Shown: positions 27,676 to 40,686 of the stretch, piece after piece
Position numbering within the stretch: position 1 is the first letter of the stretch
Layout: each line of letters opens with the position of its first letter
NCBI GenBank assembly: GCA_951406725.2
Contig: OX597829.1
Location: forward strand, 22,940,001 to 23,004,000
Direction of reading: 5' to 3'
Length of the DNA: 64,000 nucleotides
Source: Octopus vulgaris
Lineage: Eukaryota
Program-made: the position numbers and the translations under genes
The notes under the pieces: generated by a model
What the model saw: only the letters and a program-made list of their open reading frames with translations
The model's database searches: none
What the model was told of the DNA's origin: nothing

Positions 27676-28328
27676 AATGTACGCATGTGCACACAAAACG
27701 TACAGATGCATGAACCTAACCTATGTACATATGAAACATTCTTTGTTTTGAAGACGGCAAAAACATGAGAGTAAAAGGCGGGAAAAGTCTAGCAATATAC
27801 TTCAGGCGTTGTGTAGTAGACAAAATTAGAGGAAAAATTAAAATAAAATAAAATAAAAGCAGTGAAGAAATTGTATGTCAAATATATTTGATATTTATTA
27901 AAACAATATGTCGGATGTAAATATATAAGGAAAGGTAAGGAAGGAAATTTCTAGAAGGGTTTCTTAAATTCCAGTACTAAGATTATTATCATGTTTATAA
28001 AGTAGAGTGAAACAGATATCGGTTTTATTTACTATCTGGCACTGTTTACATGGCGAAAACTGTGTCTTTGGGATTCATTTGCGACCCGTTACTGGGCTGG
28101 GTTGTTATATTCAGACATTTTTGCGACCTTTATAGTAAACAATTCATCGCAGCATGATGGAATGTGGGATATCTACAGGTGTATAAGTTTGCTTTGTAAT
28201 TACGTGGTTCCGAGTTCAGTCCCAGTGCGTGGTGCTTTAGGCAAGTGTCTTCTGCTATATATTTATGGCTTGTGTGCGCTAAACTTAACCCTAACCATGA
28301 CCCTAGAGGAAACTGGAAGACGCCCGTA

Positions 28329-29157
28329 CGCAGGCGTGGCTGTGTGATAAGAAGCTTGCTTCCCAAACACATGGTTCTGGGTTCAGTTCCACTGCGTGGT
28401 GTCTGAGGCAAATGGCTTCAGCTATATTTATGCTTTGTGAGGAATTTGGTAAACCTAACACTAACCCTAACCTAACGGAAACTGAAAGAAGCCCGTCGTA
28501 TATAAATATGTGTGTGTATGTATGTGTGTGTGTGTGAGTGCATGCGTGTGTGTGTTTGTCTCGCACCACCCCTGACCACCAGTGTTGGTTTGTTTACATC
28601 CCTTAATTTTGTAGTTCAGGTAAAAGAGACCGATGGAATAGGTACCAGGCTTCAAAAAATAAGTATTGGGGGTCGATGTGTTTGACCAACACCCACCCCA
28701 CTCCAGGCGATGCCCTAGCATGGCCACAGTCCAATGACTGAAACAAATAAAAGGTAAAATATATAACATCTCTCTCTCTCTCTCTCTCACTTATTCTCTT
28801 ACTAACCACATTGTTCCAGGTTCAGTCTCACTGCGTGGCACCTTGGGCAAGTATCTTCTACTTTAGCCTTCGGCCAACCAAAGCCTTGCGAGGGGATTTG
28901 GTAGACGGAAACTGAAAGAAGCCCGTCGTATATGTGTGTGTGTGTATGTTTGTATGTCTGTATTTATCCCCCACCATCGCTTGACAACTGGTGTTGGTGT
29001 GTTTACGTCCCCCATTACTTAACGATTCGGCAAGAGACCGATAGAATAAGTACTAGGCTTACAAAGAATAAGTTCTGGGGTCGATTTGTTCGACTAAAGG
29101 CGGTGCTCCAGCATGGACGCATTCAAATGATTGAAACAAATAAAAGAATAAAAGAAT
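28329..29157 (+). mobile_element. Two tandem family A SINE copies (28329-28757, 28800-29157)
   Basis: Homology to family A. A further head fragment precedes them at about 28170-28328. Confidence 0.8.
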
Positions 29158-29212
29158 GCATACATACATACATACATACATACATACATACATACATACA
29201 TACATACATACA

Positions 29213-29311
<99 letters not shown>

Positions 29312-29712
29312 TTGGGGGTCGATATATATATCTGTGTGAAATTAAAAGTATGATGAGATGGTTACTGCGACAATACCTTTGATCAAAGGTTTGCTCAAAT
29401 AGGACGACCAGAGACTAAATAAAAAAAAACACAGCAACAACAACAACAACAACAACAACAACAGCAGCAGCAGCAACAACAACAACAACGACAACGGCAA
29501 TCGTGCTTGTAACCTTGAACAAATTCAGATTTGAACATATTTCTTCTCTACGTTCTAGAAAGCTCGCACGTTGCCAAGGTAACGACTCATTTGTTTTACA
29601 ACCGTGAACACCATCTCTCCTCATTTTTCTTTTCATGTTTAGGAAACATTCTTCTGTTTCACGTAGCTCCCACCGACCCTTTGTTGTTGTGCTTAATTTA
29701 TAATAAATGTCT

Positions 29713-29966
29713 GTGGAAGCACTCCGTCGGTTACGACGATGAGGGTTCCGGTTGATCCGATCAGGTACAACAGAAACAGGAAGTAAGAGTGAGAGAAAGT
29801 TGTGGTGAAAGAGTACAGCAGGGATCACCACCATCCCTGCCGGAGCCTCGTGGAGCTTTAGGTGTTTTCGCTCAATAAACACTCACAATGCCCGGTCTGG
29901 GAATCGAAACCGCGATCCTACGACCGCGAGTCCGCTGCCCTAACCACTGGGCCATTGCGCCTCCTC
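29713..29966 (-). mobile_element. SINE family C-related copy with TSD
   Basis: tRNA-like head ggcgcaatggcccagtggttaggg...ggtttcgattccc on the minus strand. 12-bp TSD taataaatgtct (29701-29712, 29967-29978). Confidence 0.85.
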
Positions 29967-30036
29967 TAATAAATGTCTACAGATAAGCAATCTTAAGAAG
30001 CGTGTTTTAATGTTTCTTTGGCAAAAGATATAAAAC

Positions 30037-30693
30037 CAATGGTTTTCAAACTGCGGTCCGCTGTCCCCTAGGGAACCACAAAGCGATTTCAGGGGCATGC
30101 GCGAATGGGACGCTGACGTATCGTGAAAACAGGGTGGCTTGAGACAAGTTTTAAAATGTCAAGATTTTCAATTTTTAGCATACTATTATCCTTTTTTTGT
30201 CAATGGCCTCAAAAACCCACGTCACTTCTCTATACACTCATTTGCTAATCACACTTGTTGCTAATCACGCTTGTTGCTAATCACACTTGTTGCTAATCAC
30301 ACTTGTTGCTAATCACACTTGTTGCTAATCACACTTGTACAAGTCGTGTGATTGACCGATAGAAAATATGCGGGTATAACGGTTAATCATGCATGTGCTG
30401 TCTCTATTTTTCGTTTCTCATTTGCTTTGTAACCAATTAATCAATTAATTCCCCATATTTTCATGTGCATTTATTGTATCCCAATGGGGGCATTTCCTAG
30501 ACTAAGTTGTGATTTTTTGGGGGTTTCGGGTCTATGGGCAGTGTGGGTCATAGTCCAGAAACTATGATACGTGAATGTATGTCATTTTTTTCCATGTTGA
30601 TTATCCTGCATTTTATAGGGGACCGCGAATCATCCAAAAAAAATTGTTAGGGAACCGGCACGTAGCATTCTTCGAAAAGTTTGAGAACCATTG
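30037..30693. mobile_element. hAT-type non-autonomous DNA transposon
   Basis: TIRs caatggttttcaaact / agtttgagaaccattg (15/16). 8-bp TSD tataaaac / tgtaaaac (7/8). Confidence 0.8.
30242..30337. repeat. 16-bp tandem repeat (ttgctaatcacacttg) x6
   Basis: Six near-identical adjacent units with no spacers, inside the hAT element. Confidence 0.9.
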
Positions 30694-30893
30694 TGTAAAA
30701 CAGACACTTATGGCAGAATACAAACTGGTCACCTTGTCTAATGCCTTATCAACATGTTTCACTGAGCCCTTGATTTAAATTAAAACAAACAGCAAATTAA
30801 TCACTAGTATTGTCCATTTTAAACAAGGCCTGTACAAGATACGAACTGACCACCTTGTCTGCCCAATCAACATGTCTTTTCTGTCTGTCTGTT

Positions 30894-30945
<52 letters not shown>

Positions 30946-31321
30946 TCTCTCTTTCTTTCTATTGAATTAAACGTTCTAGAAATTACTCAGTAACACGAAA
31001 GTGTCTTGTCTTAAAACAAAGAAATGACAAAGTATATTCAAGCATTCTCGACTCATTATTATTATTTTCTCTGCCACTAGTCAGCCACATTGTCTTCACT
31101 CTGCAGACTCTGCCACTGACCATTCCGGCTAAACCATTCCTCCGTAAATTCCTTCTTGTACATGTTTTCTCCCCGCTGTCGTGGATGCGATGCAGCTGTT
31201 CAAGAGGAACACCAAACGCGTCGATTTCACAGTCTTCGAGGGTCATACTTACCTTTCCCCATTACAAATTCATTGAAAAACAACTTGGTTAAGTGTTTTC
31301 TAAGACAGCATTAAAGAAAAT

Positions 31322-31642
31322 ACTCTTTTACTTGTTTCAGTCATTTGGCTGTGGCCATGCTGCAGCACCGCCTTTAGTCGAGCAAATTGACCCCAGGACT
31401 TATTCTTTGGAAGTCTAGTACTTATTCTATCGGTCACTTTTGCCGAACTGCTAAGTTACGGGGACGTAACCACACCGGCATCAGTTGGCAAGCGATGTTG
31501 GGGGGGATAAACACAGACACATATATCCACTGGCCCGAAGCTATAATAGAAGACACTTGCTCAAGATGCCACGCAGTAGGACTGAACCCGGAACCATTTG
31601 GTTCGTAAGCAAGCTACTTACCATACAGCCACTCCTACACCT
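31322..31642 (-). mobile_element. SINE family A
   Basis: Homology to family A with a central deletion. Confidence 0.8.
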
Positions 31643-32643
31643 GTGTTAAAATAATAATTATAGATATGTTTTTTATAATTTGGGCACACGTCCATCAGTT
31701 TTGAGGAAGCGGAGGGGAAGTCAATTAACATCGACCCCAGCGATCTGCTGGTTCTTATTTCAACGACTCCAGAAGGACTCCGAAGGAAGGGCAAAAATTG
31801 TTCTTGGTGGTATTTGAACTCACAACGTAAACAGCCAGAACAGAAGCCGTTCGGTATTATTTCCCGCCGCCATGATGATTAGGCCAACTAATCGCCATTC
31901 TAATCACATATATTATATTGGCTTAGGCGCAGGAGTAGGTGTGTGGTAAGTAGCTTGCTTACGAACCACGTGTGATATTAACTTATCACACCTGGCTAAT
32001 ATGAGCATAATGGGATACCCATATCTACATGGCTGAAACAGCTGTAAGATGTAGTTTATATTTATATTTATATTTATTTATATTTACTTATACATATTGT
32101 ACTTATTGTATCATATTACTCTTTGATGTGCATTGTTGATGCTCATATGTAGTGGGTTAATAAATTATGTGATTGGGTATTATCTAGTAGTTGATTATTG
32201 ATTAAGGTGTATTTCTTATTTTCTTATTTTGTATTATGAATTTGTGGTAAAACATTTTATCTTCGCCCATATAATACAATAAATGAATTAGTTGCATCGC
32301 AATTCTTAACATTTATGTATTAACTTTGTTGGGTGCTTTACTGGCAGTATATTGGATAGATGTTATCGCATGGTGGGTTGCACTCACAACCCCTATCTCA
32401 AGTTTTATATATGTAGAGGCGCAATGGCCTAGTGGTTAGGGCAGCGGACTCGCGGTCGCAGGATCGCGGTTTCGATTCTCAGACCGGGCATTGTGTGTGT
32501 TTATTGAGCGAAAACACCTAAAAAAAGCTCTACGAGGCTCCGGCAGGGGGTGGTGATCCCTGCTGTACTCTTTCACCACAATGGCGGTGCCCCAGCATGG
32601 CCACAGCTCAAGAGCTGAAACTGGAAAAACAAAAACAAACAAA

Positions 32644-32707
<64 letters not shown>

Positions 32708-32708
<1 letters not shown>

Positions 32709-33091
32709 TCTTTAACTCTTTTATTGTTTCAGTAATGTGACTGGCCATGCTGGAGCACCGCCTTTAGTCGAGCAAATCGACCCCAGGACTTATTCTTTGT
32801 AAGCCTAATACTTATTCTATCGGTCTCTTTTGCCGAACCGCTAAGTTACGGGGACGTAAACACACCAGCATCGGTTGTCAAGTGAGGATGGGGGGACAAA
32901 CACAGACGCGCAAATACACACATACACACACACATACATATATACATATATACGACGAACTTTGAGTTTCCCTTTATGAAATCCACTCACAAGGCTTTGG
33001 TCGGCCCGAGGCTTTGGTAGAAGACACTTGCCCAAGGTGCCACGCAGTGGGACTGAACCTGGAACCATGTGGTTGGTAAGCAAGCTACTTA

Positions 33092-33130
<39 letters not shown>

Positions 33131-33740
33131 TATACATATATATATATATTCATTCAAATAAAATATATTGATTTCAAATGTTGGCGCAATTTCAGTAAGT
33201 CGATTACATCGATCCCAGTGTTCAGCTGGCACTTTTTTTATCGATCCCAAAACAATGAAAGGCAAAGTTGACCCCAGCGGGATTTGAACTCAGAACTTAA
33301 AGATAGACGAAATGCCGCATGTTGCTTGGGATGCTAACGATTCTGCCAGTTCACCACTTTATATTCAATTACTCTTTTTACTCTTTTACTTGTTTCAGTC
33401 ATTTGACTGCGGCCATGCTGGAGCACCACCTTTTTAGTACTTATTCTATCAGTCACTTTTTGCCGAACCGCTAATTGACGGGGACGTAAACACACCAGCA
33501 TCGGTTGTCAAGCAATGCTAGGGGGACAAACACAGACACACAATCACACACACATACATATATATATACATATATACGACAGGCTTCTTTAAGTTTCCGC
33601 CTACCAAATCCACACACAAGGCATTGGTTGGCCCGGGGCTATAGCAGAAGACACTTGCCCAAGATGCCACGCAGTGGGACTGAACCCGCAACCGTGTGGT
33701 TGGTTAGCAAGCTACTTACCACACAGCCACTCCTGCGCCT
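32708..33740 (-). mobile_element. SINE cluster: family A (32708-33095), family B (about 33170-33358), family A (33371-33740)
   Basis: Homology to the family sequences seen elsewhere in the window. Confidence 0.8.
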
Positions 33741-33982
33741 ATTAAAAATATTAAAAAATTTTTTTAAATCAACTAAAACAAACGTAAAAATTCCTCCATA
33801 AACAACACTTAAGGTCCTCAAACGTAACAATTTCCTGTTCGTGATCTCCTTGAGAGTTGAAGTCTCAAACTTTAGTTTGATAGATATCGACCACTATAGA
33901 CAGAGGGTTGATAAGTATCGACCATTATAGATAACCAGTCTTATGTACCATGTACCAGATCTTAGCTGTAGGTTATAAAGAA

Positions 33983-34213
33983 GGCGGCGAGCTGGCAGAA
34001 TCGTTAGCACGTCGGGCGAAATTCTTTGCGGTATTTCGGCTGCCATTACGTTGTGAGCTCAAATTCCGCCGAGGTCAACTTTGCCGTTCATCCTTTCGGG
34101 GTCGATAAATAAAGTACCAGTTACGCACAGGGGTCGATGTAATCGACTTAATCCGTTTGTCTGTCCTTGCTCGTCCCCTCTGTGTTTAGCCCCTTGTGGG
34201 TAGTAAAGAAATA
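33983..34213 (+). mobile_element. SINE family B with TSD
   Basis: 16-bp TSD tgtaggttataaagaa (33967-33982, 34214-34229). Confidence 0.9.
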
Positions 34214-35217
34214 TGTAGGTTATAAAGAATCAACTGTTGTCCGATTAGCGGTTTGTAATGTGCACCGACGTTGTCTGAGAGCTCGTGTTACCAACATTCG
34301 TGCATTTTGGCATCATTGTCTAGAAACAGTGTTCGCTATTTTCAAAAACACCCACTTTAGATTTCAGAAACATTAAATGAACGTAACTTTCAAGTGCTTT
34401 CATTAAAACTTCAACTTTGACTGCACTCTACCGAGGATCTCCCTGCATTGTTCCCTGGATTTTGCTACATTCTACCTCGGAGATTATTATTCACATTTTG
34501 CCTCATACGTTCTTTGTTGCTGTAATCCAAGGATCGTCGGCAGACTTGTTATATCATTGATCCCCTTAACAGAATCGTTGATAACTTGCCGATCGCAATT
34601 ATGTAAATTTCTAAAATAAAATTAAAAAGTATAATTAATAAAAAAAAAAAAATTTTTGTTATTTCGAAACATTATTTCATTTGTTGTTTCTGTCTGTGTG
34701 TGTACTTTTTGTATCATTATTGTCTTTTAATAAGAAATATTTTAAGGAACTTAACGAAAATATTCAAATTGAGAAATAGCTATAAAATTTCAGTCTTATT
34801 ATATCGATATAATCGGAATAGGGAATGTGATAAATACTGGTTATTGATGTAGTGATATTTGACTGGGATTTAGTGAGTTTTAACCTTAAATAATTGCGCC
34901 CTTCCAGATTCATTAGGCTAACAATTCAACCCCTTGGATAGCCTGATAGACATCTCCTCCCCAGGGGAGAGGATTAAATATTGACCACTTTGCCGATATT
35001 GTAGAAAGCATTAAAATACCGAAACTGAATGAATGCATCGTTGGACAAAACTGAAAATATTTATATCATGGAGAGTTGGGTGGGTAAGAATTTTTTGACT
35101 AAAAGAGCTTAAAAGGAACCAAAAGAGGACTTATATTGGTCCCTTAAAATTATTACACACACATACACCTATACATATATGTATACATACATATATACAT
35201 ATATACATATATGTATA

Positions 35218-35432
35218 TATATAAGAAAAAGGGACAGGCAAAACAGGTTGCTTGACCGCATACCGAAAAAATAGAAATAGCAGTCAAGAATGCTTATTTC
35301 TATCAAAGTTGGACTCCGGGTCTGTCATGCCCGGAGTCCAACTTTGATAGAAATAAGCATTCTTGACTGCTATTTCTATTTTTTCGGTATGCGGTCAAGC
35401 AACCTGTTTTGCCTGTCCCTTTTTCTTATATA
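35218..35432. repeat. Perfect 103-bp inverted repeat with a 9-nt loop
   Basis: 35218-35320 is the exact reverse complement of 35330-35432. The loop is tctgtcatg. Confidence 0.95.
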
Positions 35433-35555
35433 CAATATATATACTGAACTTTACAGAAGTTCCTGCCGGTAATCGGCTATATTTACATACCGAATTCTAC
35501 CAGTAAATAATTGGGGTTTTTTAAAAGCCTTTATAGAAATTATTTACTCTTATCA

Positions 35556-35646
<91 letters not shown>

Positions 35647-36119
35647 AAATAGTAAAAAGTGAAAAAACTACAGAAGGCTTGTTTTAGAAGGTTAAAAAAT
35701 ATATATTTGAGTCATTATGTCTGAAGAATGTTATAAATTTTTTTCATACAATGACATAGTTTTTGAAGAAAGACCGGTTTCGCGTTCAGCTTTTCAAATT
35801 TCTTACATCGTTATGTTTACGTTGAGAAGTGTGAAGGAGAGTGAAAGAGAGTTTCAGATAAGGGGAGGTAATAAGTGATTTCTTCCGGTGTAAGGGAGAT
35901 AATCGCTTAATATTTCTTGCCTTTCTTTTGGAGTGAGTTTCTCTGTATAAGAATGTTGGAATGGTTAAGTTTGGGCTTGTATTTTTCAATGAAGAATGTT
36001 TCCTTGTTTAGTCTAATTTGTGTTGGTGTTCCGATAGCACATTGGTAAAATGGAAAGATTAAAAATTGTGGTAGTAGTTGCTTTGCGCATTTCTCAATGT
36101 GTTCACTAAAGGGTATCAT

Positions 36120-37888
36120 GAAAAGGAACTAACAACCAAAGAGATTGACTTTCTAACAAACTTTAAATGCAAACCTAGCCTCTTCTATGGTCTGCCAAAA
36201 ATTCATAAAAGCCAAATTATAAATGAAACCATTAAAAAATCACCAAAGACATACATACACACACCTAACCCGGGGGAAATAAAACTACGACCCATTGTAG
36301 CTGGCCCAACCTGTGAAACACACAGACTAAGTCTATTTATGGACATCCTCCTGAAACCCTTCCTTAAACATATCGATAGCCATATCAGAGATGACTTAGA
36401 TATGTTAAACCACCTTCCAAAAAAAGCCAAGGAAGAAACAATCATGGTTTCATTTGATGTAGTTAACTTATATACCAGTATACCTCATAATTATGGACTA
36501 GAGGCAATACAGTTCTGGCTGGACCAATTTCCGGAAGAAATACCAAAAAGGATCAGTAAAGAATTCATTACTAAATCAATTGAATTCATCCTACATAATA
36601 ACCACTTCAAGTTTGACAATACATTTTACCGTCAAAAATCCGGAATTGCTATGGGTACAAGGGCAGCACCAGTCATTGCGAACCTAACAATGGGCTACCT
36701 GGAAATAATCATTTACCAGGAATCTTTATCAATCTTTGGAAACCCCCTCTCTCAATACATAAAAGAGAATTGGAAACGATTCCTGGACGATTGTTTTATA
36801 CTCTGGAATGAAAACACAGATAAACTCCTAAAATTCAAAAACCTATTGAACAGCATAAACCCAAATATACAGTTCACAATGGAATACAACAAAAAGGAGC
36901 TCCCATTCTTGGATATACTAATTAAAAAAATTAACCTTAAAATAGAAACAGACATTTTTTACAAAGCCACAGACGCCAAACAATACCTACTTTTTGATTC
37001 ATACCACCCAAGACACACTAAAACAAACATCCCCTTCAACCTTGCAAGAAGGATATGCACAATAGTGTCAGAACAAAATACCAGGAACTTTAGACTGCAA
37101 GAACTCAAAAACACCATAATTGACAGACATTACCCAGCTCAACTCATGGAGGATGGGATCAGACGTGCAACAGAAATCAACATAGAAACTTTGAGAAAAG
37201 TTCAACACAACAACACACATTCCCCGAAAATACTACCTTACATATCCACATACAACCACAGAAACAAAGAAGCTTTCACCATCATCACCCAGAATTTACC
37301 AATACTTCATAAGGACCCCAAATTAAAGGAAATTCTAAACACACACCAAATCATTAAAATCTACAAACAACCTAAATCACTTAAAAAGATTCTCACAAAG
37401 GCAAAATTGTTTTCTGAAATTACGGATGCAAAAGTTTAAAAAAATGTGGTAGACCGAACTGTGCAACATGTCCAAACCTGCTAGAAGGATCAGAATTCCT
37501 CTTCAAAGAGGGACAGAAATTCAAGATCAAATCTAATTTTACTTGTGCCTCTGAAAACATAATTTATGTCATAAAATGCTCGGGCTGCCACCAAAACTAC
37601 GTGGGATCCACGGGGCTATCACTCAGACGTAGATGCACACTGCATCGACAACAGATTGCATTCCCAGAATACAGAATGATACCCTTTAGTGAACACATTG
37701 AGAAATGCGCAAAGCAACTACTACCACAATTTTTAATCTTTCCATTTTACCAATGTGCTATCGGAACACCAACACAAATTAGACTAAACAAGGAAACATT
37801 CTTCAATGAAAACTACAAGCCCAAACTTAACCATTCCAACATTCTTATACAGAGAAACTCACTCCAAAAGAAAGGCAAGAAATATTAA
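36120..37888 (+). pseudogene. PLE reverse transcriptase / GIY-YIG endonuclease ORF, 5'-truncated, with one frameshift at about 37437
   Basis: RT motifs FYGLPKIHK, LRPIVAG, SFDVVNLYTSIP, GIAMGTRAAP, RFLDDCF and LPFLDI. After a 1-nt shift come the KKCGRPNCATC linker and NIIYVIKCSGCHQNYVGSTG..LRRR (GIY-YIG). Confidence 0.92.
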
Positions 37889-37990
37889 GCGTTTATCTCC
37901 CTTACACCGGAAGAAATCACTTATTACCTCCCCTTATCAGAAACTCTCTTTCACTCTCCTTCACACTTCTCAACGTAAATATAACGATGT

Positions 37991-38029
37991 AAGAAATTTG
38001 AAAAGCTGAACGCGAAACCGGTCTTTCTT
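37991..38029 (+). ncRNA. Variant minimal type I hammerhead motif in the PLE terminal repeat (inverted copy at 35766-35804, minus strand)
   Basis: aagaaa-t-TTGAAAA-gc-tgaac-gc-GAAA-ccgg-TC-tttctt: 6-bp stem I, palindromic ACCGGU stem III, GUC site, and a U3-A8 core. Confidence 0.55.
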
Positions 38030-38234
38030 CAAAAACTATGTCATTGTATGAAAAAAATTTATAACATTCTTCAGACATAATGACTCAAATATATATTTTT
38101 TAACCTTTTAAAACAAGTCTTCTGTAGTTTTTTCACTTTTTAATATTTTCTATATACTCATACTCAACCACGTGCTTTCACACACCAACTTTCTCACTTA
38201 GATATATATATATATATATCTATATATCTATCTA

Positions 38235-38318
<84 letters not shown>

Positions 38319-38494
38319 TATTTACCAATTTATATTCAGGTTTTTTTAATAATAATTACTGGTATCCTTATATATTACTATATTTTATATCTTATATCTT
38401 ATATGTAAAGAATAATATGCTATATGTATGTATGTTATAATAATTATCAGTTTAATAAATAAATAACTTAACATTTTAATGTTCAAAAGTTGAT

Positions 38495-38728
38495 GAACCA
38501 CCTATTGTTCTCCTCCATTTTCTTATTTGCTTATTCAAAATGTGACCCCGTGTGTACCGTTGGCGATTTTTCCCCCGTCTTCCCTTCTCTGGATCTTTCC
38601 TTTTCCTATGTTTCTGACGAAGTGCTCCGCTCGAAACGTTAAACCCTCCTTCTTCCTTTCCTTCCTGAGCGTCCAATAATACTATATTTGTTCCACGTCC
38701 TCGCGTTGTTGTGTTTTCATGTTTGGAT

Positions 38729-38732
<4 letters not shown>
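38495..38732 (+). mobile_element. Hammerhead-motif cassette family H1
   Basis: Homologous to the other H1 copies and followed by (TA)n. Confidence 0.7.
38610..38644 (+). ncRNA. Minimal type I hammerhead ribozyme motif with an intact core
   Basis: gttt-CTGACGA-a-gtgc-tcc-gctc-GAAA-cg-TT-aaac: stem I gttt/aaac, palindromic AACGUU stem III, GUU site, and one mismatch in stem II. Confidence 0.65.
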
Positions 38733-39122
<390 letters not shown>

Positions 39123-39146
39123 TATATATATATATATATATATATA

Positions 39147-39356
39147 GTCAATCCAAGCAAGAACAAATAAGAAAGAACAACAACGCGAGGACGTGGAACA
39201 AGTACACTGTTATTGGACGCTCAGGAAAGGAAAGAAAAGAGGGAGGATTCCACGTTTCGAACGAAGCTCTTCATCAGAAATATAGAAAATGTCCAAAGCA
39301 GGGAAGACGGAGAAAGTAAATCGCCAACGATACACACGCGACCACATATTGAAATC

Positions 39357-39358
<2 letters not shown>
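39147..39358 (-). mobile_element. Hammerhead-motif cassette family H1
   Basis: Minus-strand motif attt-CTGATGA-a-gagc-ttc-gttc-GAAA-cg-TG-gaat at about 39247-39281. The core is canonical but the triplet is GUG. Confidence 0.65.
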
Positions 39359-39411
<53 letters not shown>

Positions 39412-39601
39412 CCTGTGCGTGTGTGTATATATATATATACATATAGATAGATAGATATATGTATACATACATATATGTACACATATATATACATGTATAT
39501 ATATATATACACACATATATGAATGACTATCTATATATATATCTATCTACCAATCTATCTATCTATCTATCTACCTATTTATCTCTCTCTCTCTCTCTCT
39601 G

Positions 39602-39655
<54 letters not shown>

Positions 39656-39959
39656 TACATACACACATAGATACATACGCACATGCATAGATGCATGCAC
39701 ATATATATATATATATATATAAACCTGTAACAGTCTCTTATTAACATAGTTCCAAACACTACCGATGCTTAGTTATGAACACGGCTTTAAATTAATTTGA
39801 TTTAAAATAGTTTAAATTAATTATTTATCTTAATTACGTAATTATGGAATTAATGATGTTTATTGCTAATGAAACAGCTGTTGAGTTTAATTAAATTATG
39901 AACTAGTTGTGAAATTCATATAACACGGCTAGACACAATAATTCGTTTGGAGCCCCTAG

Positions 39960-40160
39960 TTCTTAATCAGAAGGCACGGAGGTCTGTGTGTTGATGCTGG
40001 AATAGAACGCCTTGAAACCGAACGCAGGAGACTGCATGAAGAGAGGAGGAGACGCCGTCATCAACCCCCTCCGGGTGTTGTTCAGGGTCACTTTCAGTGC
40101 CCGCAATGCCACATGATCTGCCTATTTCGTATCTGTCTTGTCAGCCACGTCAGCTTCTAT
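39960..40160 (+). mobile_element. RTE-clade LINE 3' fragment
   Basis: Translates ...RSVLDAGIERLETERRRLHEERRRRRHQPPP...FQCPQCHMICLFRICLVSH (small indel at the start), matching the RTE C-terminal CxxC...SRIGLxSH motif. Confidence 0.7.
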
Positions 40161-40264
40161 GACAAACAATGTACAGGAGGAGAAGGAGGAGGAATGTCTC
40201 GGAACGACGCTGCGATCACCGTTGATAAGCACTCTTTAACAGAGCAGTAAGCAGTAAGCATATG

Positions 40265-40299
<35 letters not shown>

Positions 40300-40314
40300 T
40301 GTGGGTGTGGGTGC

Positions 40315-40345
<31 letters not shown>

Positions 40346-40686
40346 ATATATGCATATACACATACACATGCATTTAGCATACACACAGCTTTAGATTTAT
40401 ATCTCTGATTGTTGGCTACGAGTTTAACTACCTTAGTACCAGTCGTGAGAAGCCGGTCGTCACAAAACCAAAAAGAACACGGCTAATTAGGAAATCGCAG
40501 TTAAAAGCCGTAAATGGCACTGTAGATATATGTGAAGTATTCCGGAAGTTTAGCGTGTAATAAGTGCAAATGTACCCATGTAGTTATACAAATATATATT
40601 TGTGTGAATATATAAGTCAAAACTCATCTACACAGAGGCAATTACATCTATGCTTGCATACATGTAAACGTGTATACATACATATA

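Larger units (their letters stand above)
35646..38200 (+). mobile_element. Penelope-like retroelement (Neptune-type), 5'-truncated with an inverted terminal copy, inserted in (TA)n
   Basis: Encodes RT plus GIY-YIG. 35646-36119 is a near-identical reverse complement of 37676-38149. (TA)n flanks both sides. Confidence 0.92.

Noticed and set aside
31040-31320. Minus-strand candidate exon with an AG|GTAAGT donor, and ORF 30983-31246
   Set aside because: No recognisable product or partner exons, and isolated splice-like motifs are expected by chance.
36078-36119. N-terminus of the 453-aa ORF as a real start
   Set aside because: These codons come from the inverted terminal copy. The RT is 5'-truncated at about 36120.
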